DNA of 53,614 bases. It comes from Blastocatellia bacterium (lineage in GTDB: Bacteria > Acidobacteriota > Blastocatellia > RBC074). Below are positions 1-10,734 of this stretch, piece after piece; positions within the stretch are counted from its first letter, which is position 1, and every line of letters begins with the position of its first letter. A model generated the notes under the pieces. That model saw only the letters and a list, made by a program, of their open reading frames with translations. It did no database searches and was not told where the DNA came from. The DNA lies in the NCBI GenBank assembly GCA_035280505.1, contig DATEFT010000166.1:1-53614 (forward strand), read 5' to 3'. Made by a program: the position numbers and the translations under genes.

Positions 1-2164
<2,164 letters not shown>

Positions 2165-2165
<1 letters not shown>

Positions 2166-4024
2166 CAATTCTTGGAGAGCACTTCAAAAACATCCAGCGC
2201 ATGAGGGATCTTGCCGAACGGGGCCGAGACCTGCACGCCCTGAACGTAGGGCCGGACCTCCATCAGCATCTCCTGGGCGATCCGGACCCCCTCTTTCAGC
2301 GCCGCGGCGCCGTCGGGCGAGCGGCGCATCCGCTCGAGCACCGCGTCGGGCACCTCGACGCCCGGCACCTCGTTATTCAGAAATTCGGCGTTGCGATAGC
2401 TGGTCAGCGGCCAGATGCCCGGAATGACCGGGATCCGGCAGTGTTCGATCCGCTTCAGAAACCGTTTCAACTGTTCGGTATCGAAGACCGGCTGCGTAAT
2501 CGCATACTCGGCTCCCGCCTCGACCTTCCATTCAAAGCGGCGGATCTCGTTATCGAGTTCGATCGCGCCGGGATTGACGCCCACGCCGATCACGAAGGCC
2601 GTCGGCCGGCCGATCGGGTTGCCGCCCGGATCGATGCCGTGGTTCAAACGATTGACCAGGTTGGTCAATCCGATCGAATCGATATCGAAGACGGCGGTCG
2701 CGTCCGGGTAGGGTCCCATCTTCGGGGGATCGCCCGTCACCAGCAGGAAGTTGCGCAGACCCAGCGCCGCCGCGCCCAGCAGATCCGAGAACATGCCCAG
2801 CAGATTACGATCGCGGCAGGCGTAATGCGTGACGGCCTCGATTCCGACCTGCTGTTCGATGATCAGCGAGACCGCCAGCGCGCCCATTCGCGATTGCGCG
2901 CGGGGACCATCGGGGACGTTGACCGCATTGACCCCGGCCTCTTTCAGGGTCCGGACGCCCTCGATCATCTTCGAGGGATCGCACCCCTTGGGCGGCACGA
3001 TCTCGACGCTCGTCACGAACTCCCCGGCGGCGAGGCGGTGACCGAATCGCGAGCGTTGCGCCAGCGGAATCGGGTCGACTTTAACCCCCTGGTCTTCGAC
3101 CGTCACGGTCCGGATCGCCTGACGCCCCGGACTGAGGGCCCGCACGGCGTCGACCACCAGCTTGATATGATCCGGCGTGGTGCCGCAACACCCGCCGATG
3201 AACTTGACCCCCGAGTTGATCAACCGTTTCGCGTATTTGGCCACATACTCCGGCGAGGCCAGATAGATCTGGCGGCCCTGCACGCTGCGCGGCAGCCCGG
3301 CGTTGGGTTGCGCGGAGAGGCGGCGGGTCGTGTGGGCGCGCATGGTCTCGACCGCCTCGAGAATGACCTGCGGTCCGACCGAACAGTTGAGCCCGATGAC
3401 GTCGCTGCCGTCCTGGTTCAGCCATTGATCGAGGCGCTGGACGAAGATGACCGGCGAAGTGCCGTAGGCCGTCTCGCCGTTATCGTTGATGGTCATCTGC
3501 GCGAAGATGAGGTGATCGCACAACTCCCGCACGGCCCGGATGGCCTGGTGCATCTCCGCCAGATCGTGAAACGTCTCGAGCACGAAACCGTCGACGCCCC
3601 CCTCCAGGAGGGCCTGAACCTGCTCTTTGAACAACTCCCTGGCCTCGTCGACCGAGGTCGGCCCATACGGTTCGATCCGCACTCCGAGCGGCGAGATCGC
3701 CCCGGCGACGAAGACTTCATGCTTGGAGGCCTCGGCCGCCCGGCGCGCCAGCTTCGCCGCGGCGACATTGATCTCGGCCAGCGAGTGATCGAGCCCGGAC
3801 TGCGCCAGTTTGAGCCGCGAGGCGCCGTAGGTGTTGGTCTCGATGATCTCGGCGCCGGCCTTGATGTATTCCCGATGAATCTCGAGCACCAGATCCGGAG
3901 CGGAGAGATTCAGTTCGTCGTAGGAGCGATTGATGTAGACCCCTTTGTGATAAAGCATGGTGCCCATCGCCCCATCAAAGACGCGGACCCGGTCTTCCTT
4001 AATAAATTCCCGAAATTGACTCAT
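2165..4024 (-). CDS. yitJ: Bifunctional homocysteine S-methyltransferase / 5,10-methylenetetrahydrofolate reductase (YitJ-like fusion)
   Basis: 619-aa ORF. The N-terminal Hcy-binding domain shows [10 protein letters not shown] and [11 protein letters not shown]. The C-terminal MTHFR-like domain shows [21 protein letters not shown] and [11 protein letters not shown]. It sits directly upstream of metH and overlaps it. Confidence 0.9.
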
Positions 4025-4075
4025 AAAATTTGCCTGTCTGTGGCCGGCGAATAAACCTCATCGTCGTCCCGTGCC

Positions 4076-4116
4076 CCAAATGACAAAAGCCTCGCGTTCA
4101 GTTCACGCGAGGCTTT
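4076..4116 (-). terminator. Intrinsic-terminator-like hairpin inside the 5' leader of the yitJ-metH operon (attenuator or riboswitch expression platform candidate)
   Basis: Minus strand reads GAAAGCCTCGCG-TGAACTGAA-CGCGAGGCTTT followed by TGTCATTT. The stem is 11 bp and perfect (4086-4096 / 4106-4116), about 50 nt upstream of the ATG at 4024. Confidence 0.55.
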
Positions 4117-4225
4117 CGTCGATTCTCGTATTGCCGTTCTAAGAGCGGCTTTTTAGCAGTTTTTTCCGTGGAGCAAGATGCCTTAAATCGCCACGCGTTA
4201 AATTTGAGCCAGCAACCGAACGTTG

Positions 4226-4254
4226 ACTCTATCGCGATGGGTATCCAGTGTCAA
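4226..4254 (-). promoter_or_regulatory. Sigma70-like promoter candidate for the yitJ-metH operon
   Basis: Minus strand shows TTGACA (4254-4249), a 17-nt spacer and TAGAGT (4231-4226). This would give a ~195-nt leader. Confidence 0.4.
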
Positions 4255-4308
4255 GGTCCTGGTGAGAATGGCCTGGGGCGGGAAAGGGGCGCGGACGGGG
4301 CGTCGAGA

Positions 4309-4391
4309 CAGTATGGAGAGCGGAAGCGGCCCGATCAGATTGCTCTCAAGCGCTTCCGCCAGTAATCGGGTCGCTCGCGCTCCCCATACTG
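4309..4391 (-). other. 83-nt structured element of unknown class
   Basis: A 14-bp closing helix, CAGTATGGAGAGCG / CGCTCCCCATACTG, encloses nested complementary segments (GACCCGAT/ATCGGG, GGCGGAAGCG/CGCTTCCGC). The single non-Watson-Crick position is A.C on a plus-strand RNA but G.U on a minus-strand RNA, which favours the minus strand. Confidence 0.3.
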
Positions 4392-4511
4392 TTTGATCTA
4401 CTTAGAGGGGTTTGCTGAGTTGGCTTTGTTCAGTCAGTGTGCCTATCGAGCTGAGGTCGGGCTGAGTGAGGTAATTCAATCAAAGTTCGTCAAAAATTCG
4501 AGGTGATACTA

Positions 4512-4649
4512 CTCGGCGGCAGGCAAGTCGGTGAGCAGCAATCTCCGGTCCTGGTCTGAGATGCTGACCACAGCGCGTCTCTCCGCGAGGCGGCGCCCGT
4601 CCTACCCCGCCGCGCGGAGAAGCGCGCGAGCGTTATGCCTGCCGCCGAG
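4512..4649. other. 138-nt three-way-junction-like structured element of unknown class
   Basis: A perfect 14-bp closing helix, CTCGGCGGCAGGCA / TGCCTGCCGCCGAG, encloses two internal hairpins (GCAATCTC..GAGATGC and CGCGTCTCTCCGCG..CGCGGAGAAGCGCG). It lies in a non-coding gap between the wecB 3' end and the met-operon promoter. Confidence 0.35.
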
Positions 4650-4844
4650 TCTTGGGGCCACAGAGCGGCGTAACGGCGCGTATGGCGCCCCCGCACAACC
4701 CCTGGGCCAAATCAATAGCCGGTCATCGAAACAGAGAATCACTTTCAACTGCGCATTGCAGTTCTGAATTTCGCTCATGATCATGATCGGCGTTGAAGAG
4801 GTAAAGCTTTAGAGACTTTTGAGGTTTTTTAGCAGAATCCGAAA

Positions 4845-4892
4845 CAACGGAAAGCGCCGGCAGCCTTCGTCGGGGCCATGATCTTTCCGTTG
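4845..4892 (-). terminator. Terminator-like hairpin after wecB
   Basis: 10-bp stem CAACGGAAAG / CTTTCCGTTG. On the minus strand it is followed by TTTCGGATT, about 40 nt after the wecB stop. Confidence 0.4.
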
Positions 4893-4929
4893 CCTCGCAT
4901 TCTCCAGTCTCACGTGTAGGCAGATCTCT

Positions 4930-6081
4930 CTAGACGGCATAGCCTCGAGATCTGAGCTGAAGATAGGGTCGCTCCTGCCAGGCGGCTTCCCCCGCATCGG
5001 GCTGATGGAAGCTGGTCAGGATCCGGCACGCGGTCTCGGCGACCTGATTGGCTAAGTATTCGGTGGGCGGGCGCCAGGAGCGCTCTTCCCGAACCACCAT
5101 ATTGACCAATTGCAAAATCCGCTCCGGGTCGCACCCGGCGATCACGTTCGAACCGCATTCGAGCGTCTCGGGGCGCTCGGTCACGTCGCAAATGGTGACG
5201 TTGGGAACGCCGAGGATGCAGGCCTCTTCCTGAACCGGCCCGCTATCCGAAAGCATGCAGAACGCATCCTGTTCGAGCCGAATGAAATCGAAGAACCCGC
5301 ACGGTTCGATGAACTGCAGTCCGACGCATTCCAGATCGAGACCTAAATCTTTGATCTTCGACCGGAGATACGGATGCAACGAACAGACCACCGGCAGTTT
5401 GTACTGGACGCGCAACAGGCCGAGGGCGTCGATCAACTGGCGCAGACGTCCCGGATGATCGACATAGTCGGGGCGATGCAGGGTGACCAGAAAGTATTTG
5501 TCGGGATCCAGTCCCAGGTCGTCCAGCACGCTGCTTTCGGAGATGTAATCGGAATAATAATCGATGACTTCCTTGATCGGGTTGCCGGTCACATAGATCT
5601 TGTCGCTGGAGAATCCCTCCCGGAGCAGGTTCTCCCGGTTCCGCTCGGTATAGGGCATCAGAATCGTGCTGGCATGATCGATCACCCGGCGGTTGATCTC
5701 TTCCGGGGCCCGATTGAGGTGGCAACGAGTCCCGGCCTCCATATGATAGACCGGAATCCCCAGGCGGCGGGCGATCAAGGCCGTCAAACCGCCGTTGGCG
5801 TCGCCGAGAATCAAGAGGCGATCCGGGCGCTCTTCGAGCAGGAGCTGCTCGCTCTTGGCAAAAATCTGACCGACCTGGTCGGCGAAACCCTCACCCTTGA
5901 TCCCCAGGTCGAAATCGGGCTCTCGAACTCCCAGATCTTCGAAGAACAGGGGGCTCAATCTGGGATCCTCGCTCTGTCCGGCATTGACTAACACATGATC
6001 CGAATATGAATCGAGTAATCTAATGACCGAACTGAGGCGAATCACCTCAGCCCGCGTCCCGATAACAGTAATAATTTTCAA
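4930..6081 (-). CDS. wecB: UDP-N-acetylglucosamine 2-epimerase (non-hydrolysing, WecB family)
   Basis: 383-aa ORF reading MKIITVIGTRAEVIRLS...HMEAG.R......PEEINRR..DH....L.PYTE. This is the typical epimerase_2 pattern. TTG start with GGAGGTG 5 nt upstream. Confidence 0.9.
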   Translation of the reverse strand: MKIITVIGTRAEVIRLSSVIRLLDSYSDHVLVNAGQSEDPRLSPLFFEDLGVREPDFDLGIKGEGFADQVGQIFAKSEQLLLEERPDRLLILGDANGGLTALIARRLGIPVYHMEAGTRCHLNRAPEEINRRVIDHASTILMPYTERNRENLLREGFSSDKIYVTGNPIKEVIDYYSDYISESSVLDDLGLDPDKYFLVTLHRPDYVDHPGRLRQLIDALGLLRVQYKLPVVCSLHPYLRSKIKDLGLDLECVGLQFIEPCGFFDFIRLEQDAFCMLSDSGPVQEEACILGVPNVTICDVTERPETLECGSNVIAGCDPERILQLVNMVVREERSWRPPTEYLANQVAETACRILTSFHQPDAGEAAWQERPYLQLRSRGYAV

Positions 6082-6182
6082 ACAAGCACCTCCAGTCAGT
6101 CATCTACAAGATCATCCAAACACCGCGGTGCGGAACGGGAGCAATGTTGAGGGGGTAACCTACAGGGGGTAAGACCTTCGGC

Positions 6183-6237
6183 CTTCATTCTCCATTTCGA
6201 TCGGTCGTTTAACGACGGCTGGGGATGGAGAATGAAG
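6183..6237 (-). terminator. Long hairpin downstream of the 466-aa gene
   Basis: Perfect 13-bp arms CTTCATTCTCCAT / ATGGAGAATGAAG with an inner secondary stem. It lies 26 nt after the stop at 6263. No clear U-tract. Confidence 0.35.
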
Positions 6238-6262
6238 AGACCGAAATTTATTGCTCCAGCAC

Positions 6263-7663
6263 TTAAAATGCCAGATCTGATCCGCAGGCCGCGGCGGCGG
6301 CGACCTGCTTCGGAACCATGGGCTCCTCCAGATCGAAACTCGCGCTCACCAGGGTCCAGATCGGCAATCCCAACCCGATATCCAGCTTGCTCAACTCTTG
6401 CCTGAGCGCGGCCATATTAAAGGCACGTTGCAGTTCTATCATGGCCGTATTGAGGCCTTCTATCAGGATCACTTCTCGATTGCGGCGGCTTCGTTTGCGA
6501 TGGCGCGCCTGGTCGCTCAGGTAGAGACGCGCGCCGTCGTCCACCTGGCCGGTCGCCATGACCACCAGTTGCGAGGCCTCGGTCTCGTCCAGTTTCTCGA
6601 CCATCCGGCGGGCGTCCAGGACCGAGAGGTCGGCGTCCCGCAGAATGAAGAGAAACGACTCCCCGCAGGCACAGACCATGACCTGAACCTCTTCGGAGGC
6701 GATCGAGCCCACCGCGATCTGCTTCTCGGTAATTCCGCACCGGCTCAAGATGGTGTTGAGGGTATGGATCAGCCACGAGCCGTCGCTCAACAACTCCGAG
6801 ACCGGACCGGCCAGGGTCACCAGGTCCTCGATTCTCTCGTCGCTGATGGCGCCGCCGCAGAATTCGCATTTGGCGCGGCTCTCGGCGATCAAGGCCAGGG
6901 CCTCGGCCGATGAGAGCCGGAACAATTTCTGGCCCCGCCAATTGCAACGGATCAGAATCTCGCGTCTGAGCAGCCCCTTGCCCACCAATTTCTCGGTCAG
7001 GGCATTGACCAGGCTGCGATTCATTCCAAGGGCCAGGGCCTCGACGACCACTTCGTTGGCCTGGGCATCTTTGACCCGCTTGAGGAACTTCCGGACGTCC
7101 GGGTCCCCGATCAACTCCAGAATGCCCTGCCGCTCGGCGACGGTCTTCCCCCACCGGGAGACCTGCCCCCAGCGGCTGACGGCGCGTTCGAACTCCACCG
7201 GGATCCTCGGCACTCGCCGTTGCCATTGAAAGTAGTCCGGCGCCGGCGTTCCGCGCCCGGAGTGATTCACGCTCGGCGACTCGTTGAGCGCCTCGCTGAC
7301 CTTTCGGCAGAAGCCGTCCAGTTCGATCATCGGCTCGGTCGTATTTTCACGGGCGATAATTCCGGCCCGAATTCCCGCCACTCCCGCCTCCTCTTCGTCG
7401 AAGACCAGGAACAGGACGTGATTCCCGATACAGAAGATATCGCCCGCCAGATAGGGGCCGCGGCCTTCGGTCTCGGTCATCCCGGCGATCAATTGTTCGA
7501 ACCCTTTGACGCGCTCCGACCCCTGCAGGGCCAGCTCGTAGGCCTTCATTCGGGCCGATCGCACGAGGGGCGCCAGGCCCTGGGCCTGCAACCGATCCAG
7601 GATGTAGATGCGCGAGGCCACATCAAGATTACATTTCAAAGTCTTACATTCGACGACCAGCAT
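6263..7663 (-). CDS. Hypothetical protein, 466 aa, with a central winged-helix-like segment
   Basis: Long ORF with GGAG 8 nt upstream of the ATG and an in-frame stop 9 codons upstream. The segment MNRSLVNALTEKLVGKGLLRREILIRC looks wHTH-like. I recognise no family. Confidence 0.75.
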   Translation of the reverse strand: MLVVECKTLKCNLDVASRIYILDRLQAQGLAPLVRSARMKAYELALQGSERVKGFEQLIAGMTETEGRGPYLAGDIFCIGNHVLFLVFDEEEAGVAGIRAGIIARENTTEPMIELDGFCRKVSEALNESPSVNHSGRGTPAPDYFQWQRRVPRIPVEFERAVSRWGQVSRWGKTVAERQGILELIGDPDVRKFLKRVKDAQANEVVVEALALGMNRSLVNALTEKLVGKGLLRREILIRCNWRGQKLFRLSSAEALALIAESRAKCEFCGGAISDERIEDLVTLAGPVSELLSDGSWLIHTLNTILSRCGITEKQIAVGSIASEEVQVMVCACGESFLFILRDADLSVLDARRMVEKLDETEASQLVVMATGQVDDGARLYLSDQARHRKRSRRNREVILIEGLNTAMIELQRAFNMAALRQELSKLDIGLGLPIWTLVSASFDLEEPMVPKQVAAAAACGSDLAF

Positions 7664-7745
7664 ATTCAGGTCTCCACTTTCTCTCTCTCAGTCGGGGCGG
7701 TTGGACTAGGTTCTCCGGCAGGCAATCTGATCGCCGCTGCACTCC

Positions 7746-8234
7746 TCAGGCTCGGGCTGCGGGCGGCGGGGGCTGGTCATTGCCGGCCGACTTTCGATCG
7801 GAGGGCCTCCACACCGGAATCCATAACATTCCGACGCCGGCCTTCGGGGCCCGGGTGACGAAATCACCCTTCAACAGATCGTTCTGCAACAGTCTCGCGA
7901 TCCATTCGGCCTCCGCGGTCTCTCCTTCACCGCTGAACATCTCCTTGAAGTGAAAATGACGGGGCTCGACCAACAACAGTTCGAACTTCCCGTGTAACTC
8001 GTTGATCACCGGCAACCATGAGACCTCGCGGGTCTCCATGGCCACCTCAGTGACTTGCCATTCCGACAACCAATTCGCCAGCGGCTCCAACTGCGGCAAC
8101 ATCGCAAAGCCCTGGACCTCGGAGTCCGCCTCTCCATCCCCCACGACCCGCCGCCGGCACGCAATCACCCGCTCCATAGAGACGGAGAGCCCCGCCACCG
8201 ATCGGCCGCCATCCTCGACTTGCTCCAGCATCAT
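7746..8234 (-). pseudogene. IS110-family transposase N-terminal (DEDD) fragment, truncated and with degraded catalytic residues
   Basis: VAMETREVSWLPVINELHGKFELLLVEPRHFHFK....AEAEWIARLLQNDLLKGDFV aligns by eye to the IS110 pattern AMEATGVYWKPV.N.L...FEV.LVNA.H.K....KTD..DAEWIA.LL..GLL.GSFVP. The usual GIDV is GLSV and KTDxxD is GETAEA. The C-terminal transposase domain is absent. Confidence 0.7.
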
Positions 8235-8521
8235 TTCGCTATGACCTCACTTAACTTCGACAAATAACGGGTGATTGTCTCCGGATGCCGTGACCGGGCC
8301 AGGGCGTGGAGAAGGTGGATAGAGTGACCATGACCCGGCAGGGGTCGACGGTCGCGGCCCCGGAGGTCAGAGGATCGGAATCTGAAGATCGGTAAGGAAG
8401 AGACCAGCCGGAGGACCAGGAAGGTGATCACCGATGCGGCCGCGATCCCGGCACTGGCGGCAAGGCCCAGGGCTCGGGCCGAGCCTGGTGCCGGATAGTT
8501 GAGATCGTAATCGGCAGTCAT
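8231..8521 (-). CDS. Possible small hydrophobic protein (96 aa), doubtful
   Basis: Its stop overlaps the start of the IS110 fragment (ATGA). One hydrophobic segment, GIAAASVITFLVLRLV. No recognisable family or clear RBS. Confidence 0.25.
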   Translation of the reverse strand: MTADYDLNYPAPGSARALGLAASAGIAAASVITFLVLRLVSSLPIFRFRSSDLRGRDRRPLPGHGHSIHLLHALARSRHPETITRYLSKLSEVIAK

Positions 8522-9033
8522 CGGTACTTCTATCTGGAGCTAAAACTGAATTGTCAAAGAGTAGTCGCCGGTTCGCAGCCCGGGGGCCAGACAGAATGGC
8601 AATTCAAAAGGCGCCGGATACGGAGCCGCGAACGGTAGCCTGCGGGCCAACAGGCAAGTCACCTGCTTTATTCCGCCCCTTATCCCGCACGCTACCGCTC
8701 GCGGCTCCGTACCCTTCAGAGCGTTCGACCAGGCTTATATCGGATCCCGGTTGAGCGCTTCTTGATGCATTCGGTGAAAAAGATCTGTCGGTCTTCGTCT
8801 CAAGTTCATGCCTGAACCTTGAGATGGGAAGAGCGCTGCCTGCGGCTCTGCCTCTTGGGATCCAGAGCTGGCAGGCAGCAACCTGGGTGAGGACCCAACT
8901 GAAATGTCGCCAGGAGCCGCCGGGCATGGTGATGCCATCGTGATCTCGCCCTGAAACGACGCGCTTAATATTGATTCTACTCCGTTTAACGAGAAAGCCC
9001 CGGGACGCCCCCGGCTTCGCCGCGGCAGATCGA

Positions 9034-10734
9034 TCATCTGCCTTCGCGGGCGAAGCCAGGGCGGCCAGCATCTGTGATGTGTCTGAAAGTTGCTCGCTGT
9101 GGATGGGTATGTTTAGCTGAGGACTTTGATGCTGACCGCTGACCTGACTCTCGCTCGAATGCGCCGAGCACCCTTTCGGCTGCCAGCGCCATCTGGTGTT
9201 GAAACAGATCGCACAGGTACTTGGTATCGGGCAGCAGCACGCCGCTGTCCATTTCCCAGTACAGGTTGATGTATCCCCATTGCGCCCGGCCGGCGACCAA
9301 TGACAGCCGCAAGGACCAGAAAGATGGAGATTCGGTGATTTCGCTGACCTCGACCTGGTCTCGCGTCCAGGCCCAGAAGACCCCGTTATCCGCGACCGCG
9401 TCGGCCGGCGGGGGCGGCATCCGATGTCTGATCCCGACGGCCGTGGCCGCGGCGGCCGCCGCGGCGGCCACCTGCGGGCGTGCGCTCACGCCCCGGCTCA
9501 GTTCCACGGTGGCGCAGACGAAGCCGCTCAGGTCGAGCATCTCCCGCACCGCGCTGAAGACCTCGTCCAGAGTCTGGGCCTTGGCCAGCGCGCCGCTGGC
9601 CCGGCGGACGCCGATGTTATTGGCCATTCTCAACCGGCGATCGACAAAAGAAAATTCACGCTTCAGACCTTCACGCAGCTCTTCCATTTCGTGATAGTCC
9701 AGGCGGTTGACCGCGATCAGGACCGCCATTCCGACCACGAAGAGCCAAACTCCGGTCAGATGTCCGATCCCGTCGCCCGTCACAAAGAGCAGGGCGTTGA
9801 GGCCCAGGATCGCGCAGGCTCCGTAGAGCGAGAGCACGACCCGCCGCTGCGACCACCCTCGCGCGAGCAGCATATGATGAATATGCTCGCGGTCGCCTTT
9901 GAAGAGCGGTCGCCGGGCTAAAAATCTCCGGATGATCGTCAGGCCGGTGTCGATGACCGGCAGCCCGAAGGCCAGCAGGGGGATCGCCACCGCGACGGCG
10001 GTCGAGGCTTTCTGCGCCCCCTTCACCGAGAGGGCCGCCAGCACGAATCCGACGAAGAGCGCGCCGGAGTCCCCCAGGAAGATCGAAGCCGGATTGAAGT
10101 TATATCGCAGGAACCCGATCAGCGCCCCGGCCATCGCGATCGAGATCACCGTCACGAACCGGTGCCCCAGCGCGATCGAGACCACCACCATCACCAGGGA
10201 CGCGAAGAGCGCCGCGCCCGCGGCCAGCCCATCGACCCCGTCGATCAGGTTGAAGGCGTTGGTGACGGCCACCACCCAGAAGACCGTAATGGCGAATCCG
10301 ACGATTCCCGGCAGCTCGATCGAGCCGACGATCGGCAACGAGAGCGCCTCGACCCGCACGCCCAGGCCGTATAAGAGCATGGCCGTCGCGATCTGGGCCA
10401 TCAACTTGAATCGCGCATCGAGCCCCTTGAGATCGTCCCAGACGCCGAGCCCGAAGATCAGGGCCGCCGGAGTCAGGACCACCAACAACTGCGAGAATTC
10501 CGCCTGCAGCGAGTGTGAGATGTAGTTATCGGCCAGGGGCAAGACCGCCAGCGCGATGAGCAAGGAGGTAAAGACCGCGACGCCCCCCAGCCTGGGGGTC
10601 GCTTTGCCGTGGATCCGCCGTCGTTCGCCCGGCAGGTCCAGCCACCCATGACGTTCGCATAACCGTCGCACCATCGGAGTCAAGGTGAGCGAGGCGCAGA
10701 GCGCGATCAAAAAAAGGATGAGGTATGTTTTCAA
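9034..10734 (-). CDS. WecA/MraY-family undecaprenyl-phosphate GlcNAc-1-phosphate transferase with a ~230-aa C-terminal cytoplasmic extension
   Basis: Family motifs present: RRIHGKATPRLGG, NAFNLIDGVDGLA, NFNPASIFLGDSGALF. The maximal ORF reaches 10869 (TTG, no RBS). I prefer TTG at 10734, which is preceded by AGGAAAACG. Confidence 0.85.
   Translation of the reverse strand: MKTYLILFLIALCASLTLTPMVRRLCERHGWLDLPGERRRIHGKATPRLGGVAVFTSLLIALAVLPLADNYISHSLQAEFSQLLVVLTPAALIFGLGVWDDLKGLDARFKLMAQIATAMLLYGLGVRVEALSLPIVGSIELPGIVGFAITVFWVVAVTNAFNLIDGVDGLAAGAALFASLVMVVVSIALGHRFVTVISIAMAGALIGFLRYNFNPASIFLGDSGALFVGFVLAALSVKGAQKASTAVAVAIPLLAFGLPVIDTGLTIIRRFLARRPLFKGDREHIHHMLLARGWSQRRVVLSLYGACAILGLNALLFVTGDGIGHLTGVWLFVVGMAVLIAVNRLDYHEMEELREGLKREFSFVDRRLRMANNIGVRRASGALAKAQTLDEVFSAVREMLDLSGFVCATVELSRGVSARPQVAAAAAAAATAVGIRHRMPPPPADAVADNGVFWAWTRDQVEVSEITESPSFWSLRLSLVAGRAQWGYINLYWEMDSGVLLPDTKYLCDLFQHQMALAAERVLGAFERESGQRSASKSSAKHTHPQRATFRHITDAGRPGFAREGR

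Noticed and set aside
4025-4930. Canonical SAM-I, cobalamin or TPP riboswitch, or RNase P / SRP / tmRNA / 6S RNA in the met-operon upstream spacer
   Set aside because: I looked by eye on both strands for the core strings and found no consistent set. The strings were SAM-I GAGGGA/GCAACC/GGUGCUAA, the B12 box GCCACUG with GGUGAAAAUCC, TPP CUGAGA plus ACCUGAUCUGGAUAAUGCCAGCG, RNase P GAGGAAAGUCC, SRP GGAAGCAGCC and the tmRNA termini. An isolated CTGAGA and a plus-strand GCAACC are insufficient.
8235-8600. IS110-type bridge RNA upstream of the transposase fragment
   Set aside because: The position would fit IS110-group elements, but the recombinase is truncated and catalytically degraded. I see no convincing stem-loop architecture, and I cannot evaluate bridge-RNA models without a covariance search.
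8604-9071. ORFs 8604-9071(-) and 8735-9037(-) in the gap after the WecA-like gene
   Set aside because: They are overlapping alternative frames with Ser/Arg/Gly/Pro-rich low-complexity translations, no RBS and no motif. I treat the region as non-coding.
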